NCBI GenBank assembly: GCA_020536535.1
Contig: JAHLWZ010000381.1
Coordinates: forward strand, 1-64,000
Length of the DNA: 64,000 nucleotides
From: Pelomyxa schiedti
Taxonomy: Eukaryota > Protista > Evosea
Direction: 5' to 3'
The position numbers were made by a program, and so were the translations under genes. A model generated the notes under the pieces. The model was not told the DNA's origin, ran no database searches, and was given only the letters and a program-made list of their open reading frames with translations. How positions within the stretch are numbered: the first letter of the stretch is position 1; the number at the start of each line of letters is the position of its first letter. Positions 1-9,793 of this stretch are shown here, in pieces.

Positions 1-178
1 CTAACCTAAATCCACAACGGTGCTGTTCTCCTCATTCCATTTCCATGTGTACTTCGAACGCAATTTGTACTGAGGGTCTGAATACCTGGCCATTTCCAGA
101 TCCTGGAGATTACATTTGGCATTTAAATCAAATTCGGCCAGATTGTCGTACGAACGACAAAGGGTGCGATAGATCTCC

Positions 179-561
179 ATGGGGAAGTCTCTTCGAAACT
201 GTGAGTGCTTTCTGTCGAAAAACCTGTAAGAGTGACACTTTCCTTTTTTTTTTACAGGGAGCAAAACGGTGAAGACTCCTCGTCGGCCGTTTGAAAAGGA
301 GAGGCTGGACCACGAGCTTCGCCTTTGTGGTATAAATCCATACTTTTCATGGCACAAAGAATTGCAGCGAAGAGACTCACGTGAAACTAGGGGAGTATGG
401 GCTAAGATGCAAACGTGAGGTGTGGCGCGTTCATTATGCCCTGACAAAAATCAGAGGAGCAGCTCGAGAGTTGCTCAAACTTGACGAGATTGATCCAAAG
501 AGAATTTTCGAAGGCAATGCTATGCTTCGGTATATCATCACTTTCTTTTATTTGTCTATTT
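179..561 (+). CDS. RPS9: Partial second copy of 40S ribosomal protein S9 (uS4), truncated by an N gap; probably an uncollapsed allele of the 22637-23570 gene
   Basis: Spliced translation [60 protein letters not shown]. Bases 1-561 match 22458-23041 apart from synonymous SNPs and intron indels. Confidence 0.8.
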
Positions 562-661
562 NNNNNNNNNNNNNNNNNNNNNNNNNNNNNNNNNNNNNNN
601 NNNNNNNNNNNNNNNNNNNNNNNNNNNNNNNNNNNNNNNNNNNNNNNNNNNNNNNNNNNNN
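562..661. other. Scaffold gap (100 N)
   Basis: Run of 100 N. Confidence 1.
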
Positions 662-763
662 TGCACCCCGTGGCCGATGGTCTTGTAGAAAACGCCTTTT
701 TTTTCCGTCTCAGTTCCTCGTCTCTGGACTGAGAAAACTAATAAACCCGATAAAAAGTGTGCA

Positions 764-797
764 CACTTGGGCAGTCCCAACACTTGGGCAGTCCCAA
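764..797. promoter_or_regulatory. Tandem 17-bp dyad motif (CACTTGGGCAGTCCCAA x2) upstream of the eIF2-alpha-like gene
   Basis: Exact direct repeat; each unit contains the inverted pair TTGGG-N4-CCCAA; it ends 24 nt before the ATG at 822. A regulatory role is inferred only. Confidence 0.4.
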
Positions 798-821
798 TCG
801 TGGCGGCTATTTGTTGCGAGA

Positions 822-2459
822 ATGGCGGATGCATCGCCGTCGCGTGGTACCGTCGAGAGTGCGTCCCACAGCAGTTGTACAACCATTATGGGAGAGTCGT
901 CGCCTGATACGCGCACAGCTGTGGAGCCTCAGGGCGACACCAGATTCCGTGAGTGGGCCGAAGAAAACCGCCAACTATTGAATTGTCGTTTCTACGAGAA
1001 CGAGGTTTTGTGTTTTGGTTTTGGTTTTGGTTTTGGTTTTGGTTTTGGTTTTGGTTTTGGTTTTGTTTTTGGGATTCAAAAATATATCTTGAAACAAACT
1101 TTGCTGCAGTGGCCAGAGGTGGAGGAGTGCGTCTTGGCTACTGTTACTAGTGTTACTGATTTGGGTGCATTTGTGGAACTCCCGGTAGTTACCTGTTTTT
1201 TTTTTTTCCCCTGTGTGTTGTCTAACGACGGTTTGGCCAATCTTTGTTAGGAGTACAGTAATAAGGAAGCACTTGTCTTAATTTCTGAATCGGGCCGCAG
1301 GCGTTTTCGGTCGAACCCTTATCATGTTGGGGGTAAATTTGCGGGTTGTGTTCTGCGAGTCGATACAGAAAGAGGTATCATTAACACAGTATTCACTGCA
1401 CTCATTGTGCTTAGGTTACATTGACCTAAGCAGAAGACGAGTCACAGAAGATGATAAAGAACGATTACGGGATAGATATTTCATGTCAAAAATTGTTCTT
1501 GCTCTGTTCTGCGACTTTTCCTGATGATGGTTGTTTAGGTTCGCAAAATATTAGAGAGATTGGTATGTGGTTCATGTGAAATGAATAAATCTCACATTTT
1601 GGAAAGCTGTACTGTATTATCAGACCAACAAAAAGTGTAATTGCATTACTGTGCGGCCAACATCCAAGATGCGGTGCTAGCAGCCCTATCTTTGAGCTTC
1701 CTCTTCTTGTTATGCATCTAATAGCATCTTTTATGGGTCAAAGTAGTCCCTCATGATTCCTCAATAAGATTTTTAAGGTGTCCTTAGGTGGCATTACCCT
1801 TCTCCACATTTACCAACGTCACGTTTGGCCACTGAACACAATTTACAAGAACCCTTTCCTGGCCTTCCAACGAGCCATCATGTAATTTATCATTCAATGA
1901 TGAAGAAACCTAATAATTTTCCAGAGATCCAGCTGCAGCTTTCAAAGGTGTTGAAATCCCTAGTTCAACTCTCAATTCTTTGTCTTTGATACTTGCAGAG
2001 AATAAACGTCTCTTTAGTTCCATGGTATTCGCGTGTCGTTGCTGTTTTTGGCATTACTGTATTCAAGGTTGAGATGGACATTGACGTAACCTGCTTTGGG
2101 CCTACCGGCATTGATGGCCTCAAAGAGATCTTTCTTGCTGGCGAATCCTGCTCAATTCCGGCAGCAACAGTGCGAGTAATTTTACTTCTTATCATCCAAA
2201 ACTGAGTGGCAAAGATTCATATAATTAGCTCCCCTACCTACCGCATGATATCATACTCTCCAGATATTGAGCTGGCAAAAGCAACTCTGCAACGGGCTGT
2301 GGATGTTATGCAGAGTAAGATATACAATTATACACAGTCCAACCTCGAAATTAGGAGTGTATGTCTGTTGTCTACCACAAAAGCAAGATTAACACCATCC
2401 AGAAACCTCGAGTTACCATTATACCTCCAAGACTCTATGACGAGACCATCAATTTTTAG
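822..2459 (+). CDS. Divergent translation initiation factor 2 alpha (eIF2-alpha)-like protein, multi-exon
   Basis: Exons give CRFYENE|WPEVEECVLATVTSVTDLGAFVELP|EYSNKEALVLISESGRRRFRS (S1 domain), GYIDLSRRRVTEDD, IYQRHVWPLNTIYKNPFLAFQRAI and VEMDIDVTCFGPTGIDGLKEIFLAGESCS..KIHIISSPTYRM, collinear with all three eIF2-alpha domains. Confidence 0.85.
1013..1060. repeat. (TTTTGG)8 microsatellite in intron 1 of the eIF2-alpha-like gene
   Basis: Eight perfect hexamer units. Confidence 0.95.
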
Positions 2460-2607
2460 ACTAGATCCAAATTGTGGTGAGAAAAACTTTCTTTTATTTC
2501 CCACATTCTTCTTGGCAGTCAAGTCAATGAATCATCCCTTCCTCCTTCCTTCACTCAATCATGACAATGGTTTGGACCGGTTTAGACTCCCACTCTTCCC
2601 TCACTCT

Positions 2608-2898
2608 CTATGTCTCAACCTTGTCCTTCTCCTCCGTGTCCTTGTCAGCCTCTTTCATTTTATGGACCGCCTCTGAGACCCTCGAACCACCAAGCTTGCC
2701 CCTCTCGTGTGCGGTAAGTGGCTCATGAGCTTTTTGCTTCTCCAATATATCCTCTATAGCATGCTTCTCTCCACCCAACTCCTCTGCCCTTTGCGCCGCC
2801 TTGTAGGCCTTTCCGCCAAGCACCCCAGCTTCCTGTCGGCTCAGGGTCTCTCCAGATTCCTTCTTCTCTAGTATCTCTTGCACTTTTGGATCATCCAT
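2608..2898 (-). CDS. Small hydrophilic stress protein with two KGG/GsiB/LEA5-like motifs (start may lie further upstream)
   Basis: MDDPKVQEILEKKESGETLSRQEAGVLGGKAY...EPLTAHERGKLGGSR; highly charged, with two internal repeats resembling the EAGRKGG motif. Confidence 0.6.
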   Translation of the reverse strand: MDDPKVQEILEKKESGETLSRQEAGVLGGKAYKAAQRAEELGGEKHAIEDILEKQKAHEPLTAHERGKLGGSRVSEAVHKMKEADKDTEEKDKVET

Positions 2899-3337
2899 TT
2901 CTTCCCTACACAGCACCGCTCACAGATTGTCTGATGCTTACTTCTTGGCTGTTTGTTTTGTGGGCTAACTTGCTTGCTTTCTTCTTTACTCTCACCTTCT
3001 TCAACTAGTTGTTTGTCCTTAAGTGGTGTTGTTATTTTTCATTGTCTATTTGTCCCGTCTGCCACACAACCAGTAGTCACGTCATCTGTGCACTTTTTAA
3101 AACGATCAAAAGTTTTAACTGCAACTGATCGTTCCTCGAATCGGTTCTCTTGTCTTGGAAACAAAACAAAAAAAACCCAAGCCGTTCGGCAGTAGGCACC
3201 GCGACCTTCAAAAACAAAAGAAACAAAAAGTGCGTGTGGGTTATATCCGGTTTTTTGGTCCATGTTGTGTTTGTGTTTTTTTTTTTTTTTCCCTTTGAAC
3301 GATGTGACACAAACGGAGGTGACGTACCCACCCATAA

Positions 3338-3442
3338 TGCGCTGGAGATATCATTGCAATCCTCCTGTTCGTGTTTGCCTTCCTTGTTGCAGTTCTGGCT
3401 GTTCTTGGCTACCTTGCCCACCGATTCGCTGGCAAGGCCTAA
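3338..3442 (+). CDS. Candidate single-pass micro-protein (SMIM30-like), not in the ORF track; start unresolved
   Basis: Frame reads CAGDIIAILLFVFAFLVAVLAVLGYLAHRFAGKA*; ~22-aa hydrophobic helix followed by basic residues; preceded by an in-frame TAA. Confidence 0.35.
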   Translation, partial: CAGDIIAILLFVFAFLVAVLAVLGYLAHRFAGKA

Positions 3443-3834
3443 ACTCAAGACAAAACCAATCCCATAAGCACGCCAACCTAGTTGGTGCTGCCTTGTTTAT
3501 GCACTTGTTGGCTAGGGAGTACAACGTCCCTAAACCAGCCAAATGAAAACAAGTGGTACTAATAGATCTATGACAACGTGATAGACCATTGGCTTTTGTG
3601 GTTGGGACCAACGATCTCCGAGCTCGCACTACCAGGGGAGAAAATAGCAATAGCTCCTGCTCCAACTTAGTCATGCCCATTACATAGAACGGTGCACCTT
3701 TTTCAGTGTCGTTTCGGCGGCGTAAAAACGAAGATTCGGGCTACCGTCTGGCGGTTTTTTTAAAAAAAAATTAAGAAAACAAGCAACAAAACAAGCAAAT
3801 TAAACAAAACAACAAAAAACCTCGGCTTCGAAAC

Positions 3835-6800
3835 ATGGCAGCGAGTGAGAGGGGGGTGTTTAGCGACCACGTGTTTTTCCTTCTGGATCTTCCGGCTCCC
3901 AACAAAAAAAGTGTGACGCAAATCATACGAGACTATGGGGGAGAAGTCTCTTCGATGCCGTCAAAGATGGTGAGTGAAACGTTTTGGATTTTGTAGTAAG
4001 TTTTGAGTCTGAGTTGATTTGTTTAGGTTACACATGTTGTGGTTAGGCCTGATGATTTGAGCAGTAATTCATTCAAAGTTCAAGCGATTCTCAAAAAGAA
4101 CCCAGCAATGCAAGCTGTTCTCGAGACGTGGGTGCAAGATAAAACGAGAGGTGCCAGGAAGGTGGCACCAAAGCCAAAAGCTCCACCACCTCCACCTACA
4201 CCTGCCTTTGTTCCACCAGAGGATGACACTATGTCCATGATCAGTGTCAGGACAACTTCGTCAGTGGCTTCTTCCGCGTCTGCTCTTGCACAAGTTGTTC
4301 CAGCGAAACCTGTCCCAGTACCTACTGTAACAATGGTCTTGCCAACTTCAGGTTTTTTGGGAAAATAAACTGTAACCCGACTTATGCTCCACAGGGCCAA
4401 ATACTGGAGATTTCCGGCTTGCTCTTTTTGGTGTACACTTTAGACCAGGGCCAGGATTTAAGCTGAAAATAGGTTCCGTTACAGCAACGGAATACGAGTT
4501 CCATAGTAGCTCTTCTGTTATTGTAAATGTACCTCCTTGCACGTATGTTCCCTTCAATGCAACAATAAGTCTGAAAGTCTTTAGGGTGCCTCCCGGAACT
4601 GTTCCTATACACGCCACAAATGACAATGGGCGCCACTATGGTTTTCCAATGGAGTTCCGTTTTTATGGTATTTTGTTAAAAAAAACCTATTCCTTCCTCA
4701 CTAATGAATGAATAGATGCTGGTGCCGGCCAACTTTCCCAGTCAGTTGAACAAAAGGTTCTTGTGGGTGGTGAGTTCCTTCTACATTAACTTGCTGTCAG
4801 ATTGCCATTCTCCGTGGGCAGCTTACAAACGTCCGAAGGGCCATTTCTAATATCCAACAAACTGAAATCGATTTGAGGACGCAGCTTGCTCAACTCACTG
4901 ATTTGAAACTATTGGAAGAGCTGGAACCCGAGGAGGTTGAATATATCTTTTGTGTGGAGACTTTTTAAGGATTTTAGGTACCTCCTGAGCAAGCTGTGGC
5001 AGCTACAGAGAAACCGGCACCTCTTCGACATGAGGAGTTTGAGAGGGAAATTAGGATCTTCATTTCCAGTCCATTCAGGGACATGAAGGAGGAGCGAGAG
5101 AAGATTGTGTGTTGCTTGTATTTCCTTGTCTCAATTTCCTTACGTTTAACACCATCTACCATAGGTTAAACTTGTCATCCCCAAAGTACGCAAGTTATGT
5201 ATGTCATTAGATGTTGCTGTCAGCTATGTAGATCTAAGATGGTACCTTTTTACTTCTTTATTTTGTCTCACGTTTCTTTTTAGGGGTGTCACTGGGGCGC
5301 AAAGTGAGCAAGCCACTATGCTTTTGATGTGTCTAAGAGAAGTTGCCAAGTCAAATGTATTTGTGGGACTTTACGGGGAGCGTTACGGATGGGCAATTTC
5401 CAATGAGGGTGACACAAGTAACAACGACCTTCTAAGTCGCTCCTTTGATCTTGCTGCACGTGAATTCCCGTGGATTAACGAATACAGGGACAGAAGTGTT
5501 ACTGAACTCGAGATGCGAATGGTACTGGTTTCTATACTGCTTTGCCATGTTCTGATCGTAATCAGCTTCTTGGGCATAAATATGATGGTTCTAATAAACC
5601 TGCATGGTTCTATCTCCGTGATCCGTATTTCATCGAAGAAGTACCCAAAGAGCAAAGACATCTCTTTGTGTCTGAAGGCCCAACTGCAAGTAGAAAGTTA
5701 TCCACACTCAAGACAGATGTGCATAAAGCTGGACATCCTGTAAAGGACTACCTTCGAGCTGATCAGATGGCCGAATTTATGTTTGAGGACTTAAAACAAT
5801 ATGTTGCTAAGAAGTATCCCGAGGTTGACCTACATTTTATCACTCTGAAATTGACCTGTTCCCAGGGTATGTCACTCAGTGACGAAGAACGTGAAGACCT
5901 CCGACATAAGCTCACTTCGCGAAACCTCACCCGTGTATACCTACCAAATGAAAGTAACTTCCTGGAACTTGACAAATTTGTCTCAAGTGAGAAGGAGTTA
6001 CCTATGGTCATTGTTGGAGGGGTAGGGAGCAACAAATCCCTCTCCCACATTTAATATGCACATAGGGTGGCAGCGGCAAGTCTGCTTTGATGGCCAACTG
6101 GGTGATGAGACACAAGGTACTCAAATAATCATTTTCTCGTTAATATGATAAGGAGCACCACCCCGAAGACGTAATTGCATTACACTATGTAGGCTGTTCG
6201 CCAGCATCAACGAATTATGCTTTCTTGCTTGGCAGGCTTATGCGGCTGGTACACGCCACTTTTACCACAGTGAAATTTACTCCATTAGATATCAGAACAA
6301 CTTGGTGCCGCTGTCGATCTTCCATCTGATCAAAGCAAAACCCCTCTTGCATTTGTTACCTGGCTTTCCAACCTTTCAGTAGTAAATGTCAACAACCGCC
6401 GTATTGTGAGTTTTCTTCTCTTGCGCTTTTATCCAACTAAATTATTCAGATTGTGGTTATCGATGGTCTTAATAAGTTGGATGAACGAGATAATGCGCAA
6501 GAATTATTGTGGTTCCCTCAGTAAGCCAATATTGTCATCTTTATATGCGTTCTTAGTTTTCAAAAGAACTTTCCCGAGGTTCATGAGTGTCATAGTAACA
6601 ACAGCTCCGATCCAAAGGATTGCGCATACCCTCAAAGTACCAAAGCCTTCCTTTGGTATTCAATTTACGCTTTGTAGAAACGCAACTGCCCAACAATGGA
6701 CCTTGCTCTACTTGAGGAAGCAGAGCGCAAATCTTTTGTCCGAATGTACTTGAACCAGCGTGCAAAGAAGTTATCTGATCAGCAAGAATTTATGATTGCT

Positions 6801-9565
6801 TCCGCTGAGCAAACAGCTAATCCCAGGTTCGATTTATTTGGAGACTTAGACTTTTTTTTATGCACTGTAGATTCTTACAGACACTCCTTGATGATATTGC
6901 AGTATTCGGGGAGCACGAAGCACTCGAAAAACGGATTAAGCAATGTCTTGCAGCGAAGAACACATCTAAGCTATATGAGCTTCTTCTCAACAGACTTGAA
7001 TCGGACTATGACCCTGCAAAGAAGGGAATAGTGAAGCTATTCATGGCTTTAATTGGTGCATCTAGACGTGGTCTCGATCTAGAAAACGAGGTTTCCGTAT
7101 TGCTCGAGCAGAGTGGGATCACGCCTGATGAATGGTGCCCCTTTCCACTTCCGCTTTGTCTTCTGCCCTCTTACACTTGCCACTGCTAAACTTTTAATTA
7201 CCAATTTAAGGTCCCCTCTGTTTGTAGTCATCGAGGAGCTTTTTATATCTATGAGAGGTATACTGAGCTTCGCAAACGAGGATATTGCTAAGGCTGCAAG
7301 ATCTGTCTTCCTTTGGGATAAAACAATTAGAAACCAATTTCATCTTAAGATAGCAAATTTCTTCTCTGGTATACAAGGCTTTACAGAAAGAAAGGTTTCC
7401 ATCCCAAAAAAAAAAAAAATCAAATTCCTAACTAAAACAAATCAAAAGCTTGAAGAGTTACCTTACCAGTTGGAGATGGCCGAAGAATGGCCAAAATTAG
7501 TTGCTCTTCTCTGTGATGCAACTCTCTTTGATAAACTCTTCACACCTACAACCAAGTTTGACCTGGTACATCTAGAGCCAAAATATTTTGTCTTATTTAT
7601 GATCAATCCAGTTCCATTGGGTTCGACTGTGTGAAGGCAATGTGCCAGGATTTGATATTTGTGCCCCGTTTTTGGATAAAGTGTCTCGGAGTATATTCCC
7701 ACCTGACCTTATCCCAGCTGATTTCTGTTATAAGTAAGTCATTACTGAAACATGACCCGCTAAAAAACATTACCCATAGGGTTGGCCGGTGCTTTGACGA
7801 AATGTCAAAGATTAAAGGAGCCGAGGTAATGTACCAAAAAGCTATTGAGTTATACTATGCCACATCCATGCCTCTTGAAGTCGCCAAAGTCAAACGATAC
7901 TTAGCACAGCTGTACCACATGACCAGCAGGTTTGTCATACCCACCTCGTTTGTTGGTCAATTTTTGAAGGAGCGACAAAGCTGAAGCAATGCTGAAGGAT
8001 CTCACTGAAATTTACGAAAAGGAGAAGGGTCCTGATGATATTGAGATAGCAACTACGTTAAACAGTTTGGGAAGTCTATATGTTGACCTTTGCCAGTAAA
8101 CTGTTCATGACAAGAAGTCAACTATTTACCTTTTTCACAGGGGACCAAGTGCACATCCTGTTCTAGAACGAGCTTTGCGAATATGTAAGTGACCTTTCCA
8201 GGCTTTCTAAGCGTTAAACTACAACAAGGCGAGGCACAAGTCGGTCCTGATCACAATATTACTGCTGATATCGCTTATACTCTTGGTGCTTTATATCATT
8301 ACGAGCGCGACTTACTTCCCAAAAATCTCGAAAAATCGGAAGAATTTCTCAAGGTACCTCTCCACTCACTAATACAAGTCTTACATGTGACTTAGCGAGC
8401 ACTGAATATCAAAGAAAAGACATTTGGCTACTACCACCCAGATGTTGCGTGGGTGCTCAATAAACTGGGGTGTGTGTACATGGAACAAGATCAGTATAAT
8501 GATGCTGAAGAGTGCTTTACTGTATGTGGCACTCCTCATCGAGCCTCAGCACTAACTTCCCTTTAACAGATGGCACTAGAAATTCGAGAAATCTCCCTTG
8601 GACCAAAGCACGCTTCCGTAGCACAATCACTGGAAAATGTACTAACACTATTCGCCCTTCAGGAACGCTACACAACTGCCGAAGACTGTGGCAGAAGGTT
8701 GACTATAATAGTGCAATCAGTCCGCTAATGCTTATCTCTCTATAGAGCACTTGACATTCTCTCTGAAACCTTTGGAGAAAATAGCTTCCAAGTGAGCAGC
8801 ATATTGCTTCGAGTGGGTGCCCTCATGTTTGTAATGGAGAAGAAACCTCAAGGGACACAAGACCTGACTCGCGCAATTGCAATTCGCACAGCGCTTTTTG
8901 GACCAGGTCGGTGACGTGCTCTCCATTTGCTTTACTCAAACCCCCCGCCCCCGCCCTCTTCCAGATCATCCACACACAAAGGAGGCAAAGCTGACCCTGG
9001 AGGAGCTGGTGGCACCACCCAAGCCGGAACCGCCATCGATCAGGGAGCAGCCCAAGGCCCCACCCCCGCCGCCACCCCCGCCTCCTCGCGCCTTCGTGGC
9101 CCCGCCGCCGCCACCCCCAACGCCCGGCGGTGCACCGGGCGGAATCCCGCCGCCCCCGCCGCCTCCACCTCCGCCGCCTCCCCCTCCTTCATCTGGAAAG
9201 CCGCCGCCCAAGACGAAGGTCACTGCTGCTGTGGCCCTGGAGAAGACTGAGAGTGTGTCGCTTGAGGATGCGATTCAGAAACAGACCGGGCTCCACCACG
9301 TCACGGAGGCGAATGATAGGTCCAGCGCCAGGTTGATAATCTCTCTTTCTTCACATATGTATTCCTGCCACTTACGGATATTCACACTAGCCGGAATGCA
9401 GCAGCCATGGCTGGACTCAAGACCCGTAGGATGGTTGAAGTGAAGGGCAAAGCCAAAGCCCCCAGGTCCACACTGGCACAGTTCTTGCAAGCAAACAAGG
9501 CCACAACCCAGTTCACACAGCAACCAGTACTGGATGTCAAGCCGACGATGGACAAGAAGAGCTGA
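3835..9565 (+). CDS. Multidomain STAND protein: BRCT - IPT/TIG - DUF4062 - NACHT-like P-loop - TPR repeats - proline-rich - WH2 (NPHP3/TTC41-like core)
   Basis: BRCT GVFSDHVFFLL..IIRDYGGEVS..VTHVVV; IPT GPNTGDFRLALFGVHF; DUF4062 IRIFISSPFRDMKEER..YVDLRWGV..FVGLYGERYGW; Walker A IVGG|GGSGKSAL; TPRs (DVAWVLNKLGCVY, HASVAQSLEN); poly-Pro; WH2-like SLEDAIQKQTGLHHVTEAND. Confidence 0.8.
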
Positions 9566-9793
9566 GGAATAAAATGCCATGGATTGTATTGTGAGGATTA
9601 ACTACCTAATAAACTCTTGTGTTGCAACCTCAATCCACATGAACAATTACCAAGTTCATTCTTCTCCACGAAAGTACTTCCTCAAGGGAAGTTCCCCAAC
9701 AAAAAAAGCCAACCGCCCATTTTTGAGGTTTTTTCCTGCTACGAAAGTCTTCGCGTTGTTAACAGATTTAATTTGATCGAATTCTGCCCGATC

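Noticed and set aside
1013-1060. (TTTTGG)8 as an interstitial telomere
   Set aside because: Short, inside a T-rich intron and without subtelomeric context; a simple microsatellite is sufficient.
5000-7600. Calling the DUF4062-NACHT gene TEP1
   Set aside because: No TROVE domain or WD40 array; the C-terminus is TPR, so it is NPHP3/TTC41-like.
8877-9336. Several overlapping Gly/Pro/Arg-rich ORFs (also 37294-37803)
   Set aside because: Alternative frames of poly-Pro or GC-rich exons; only one frame splices into the gene.
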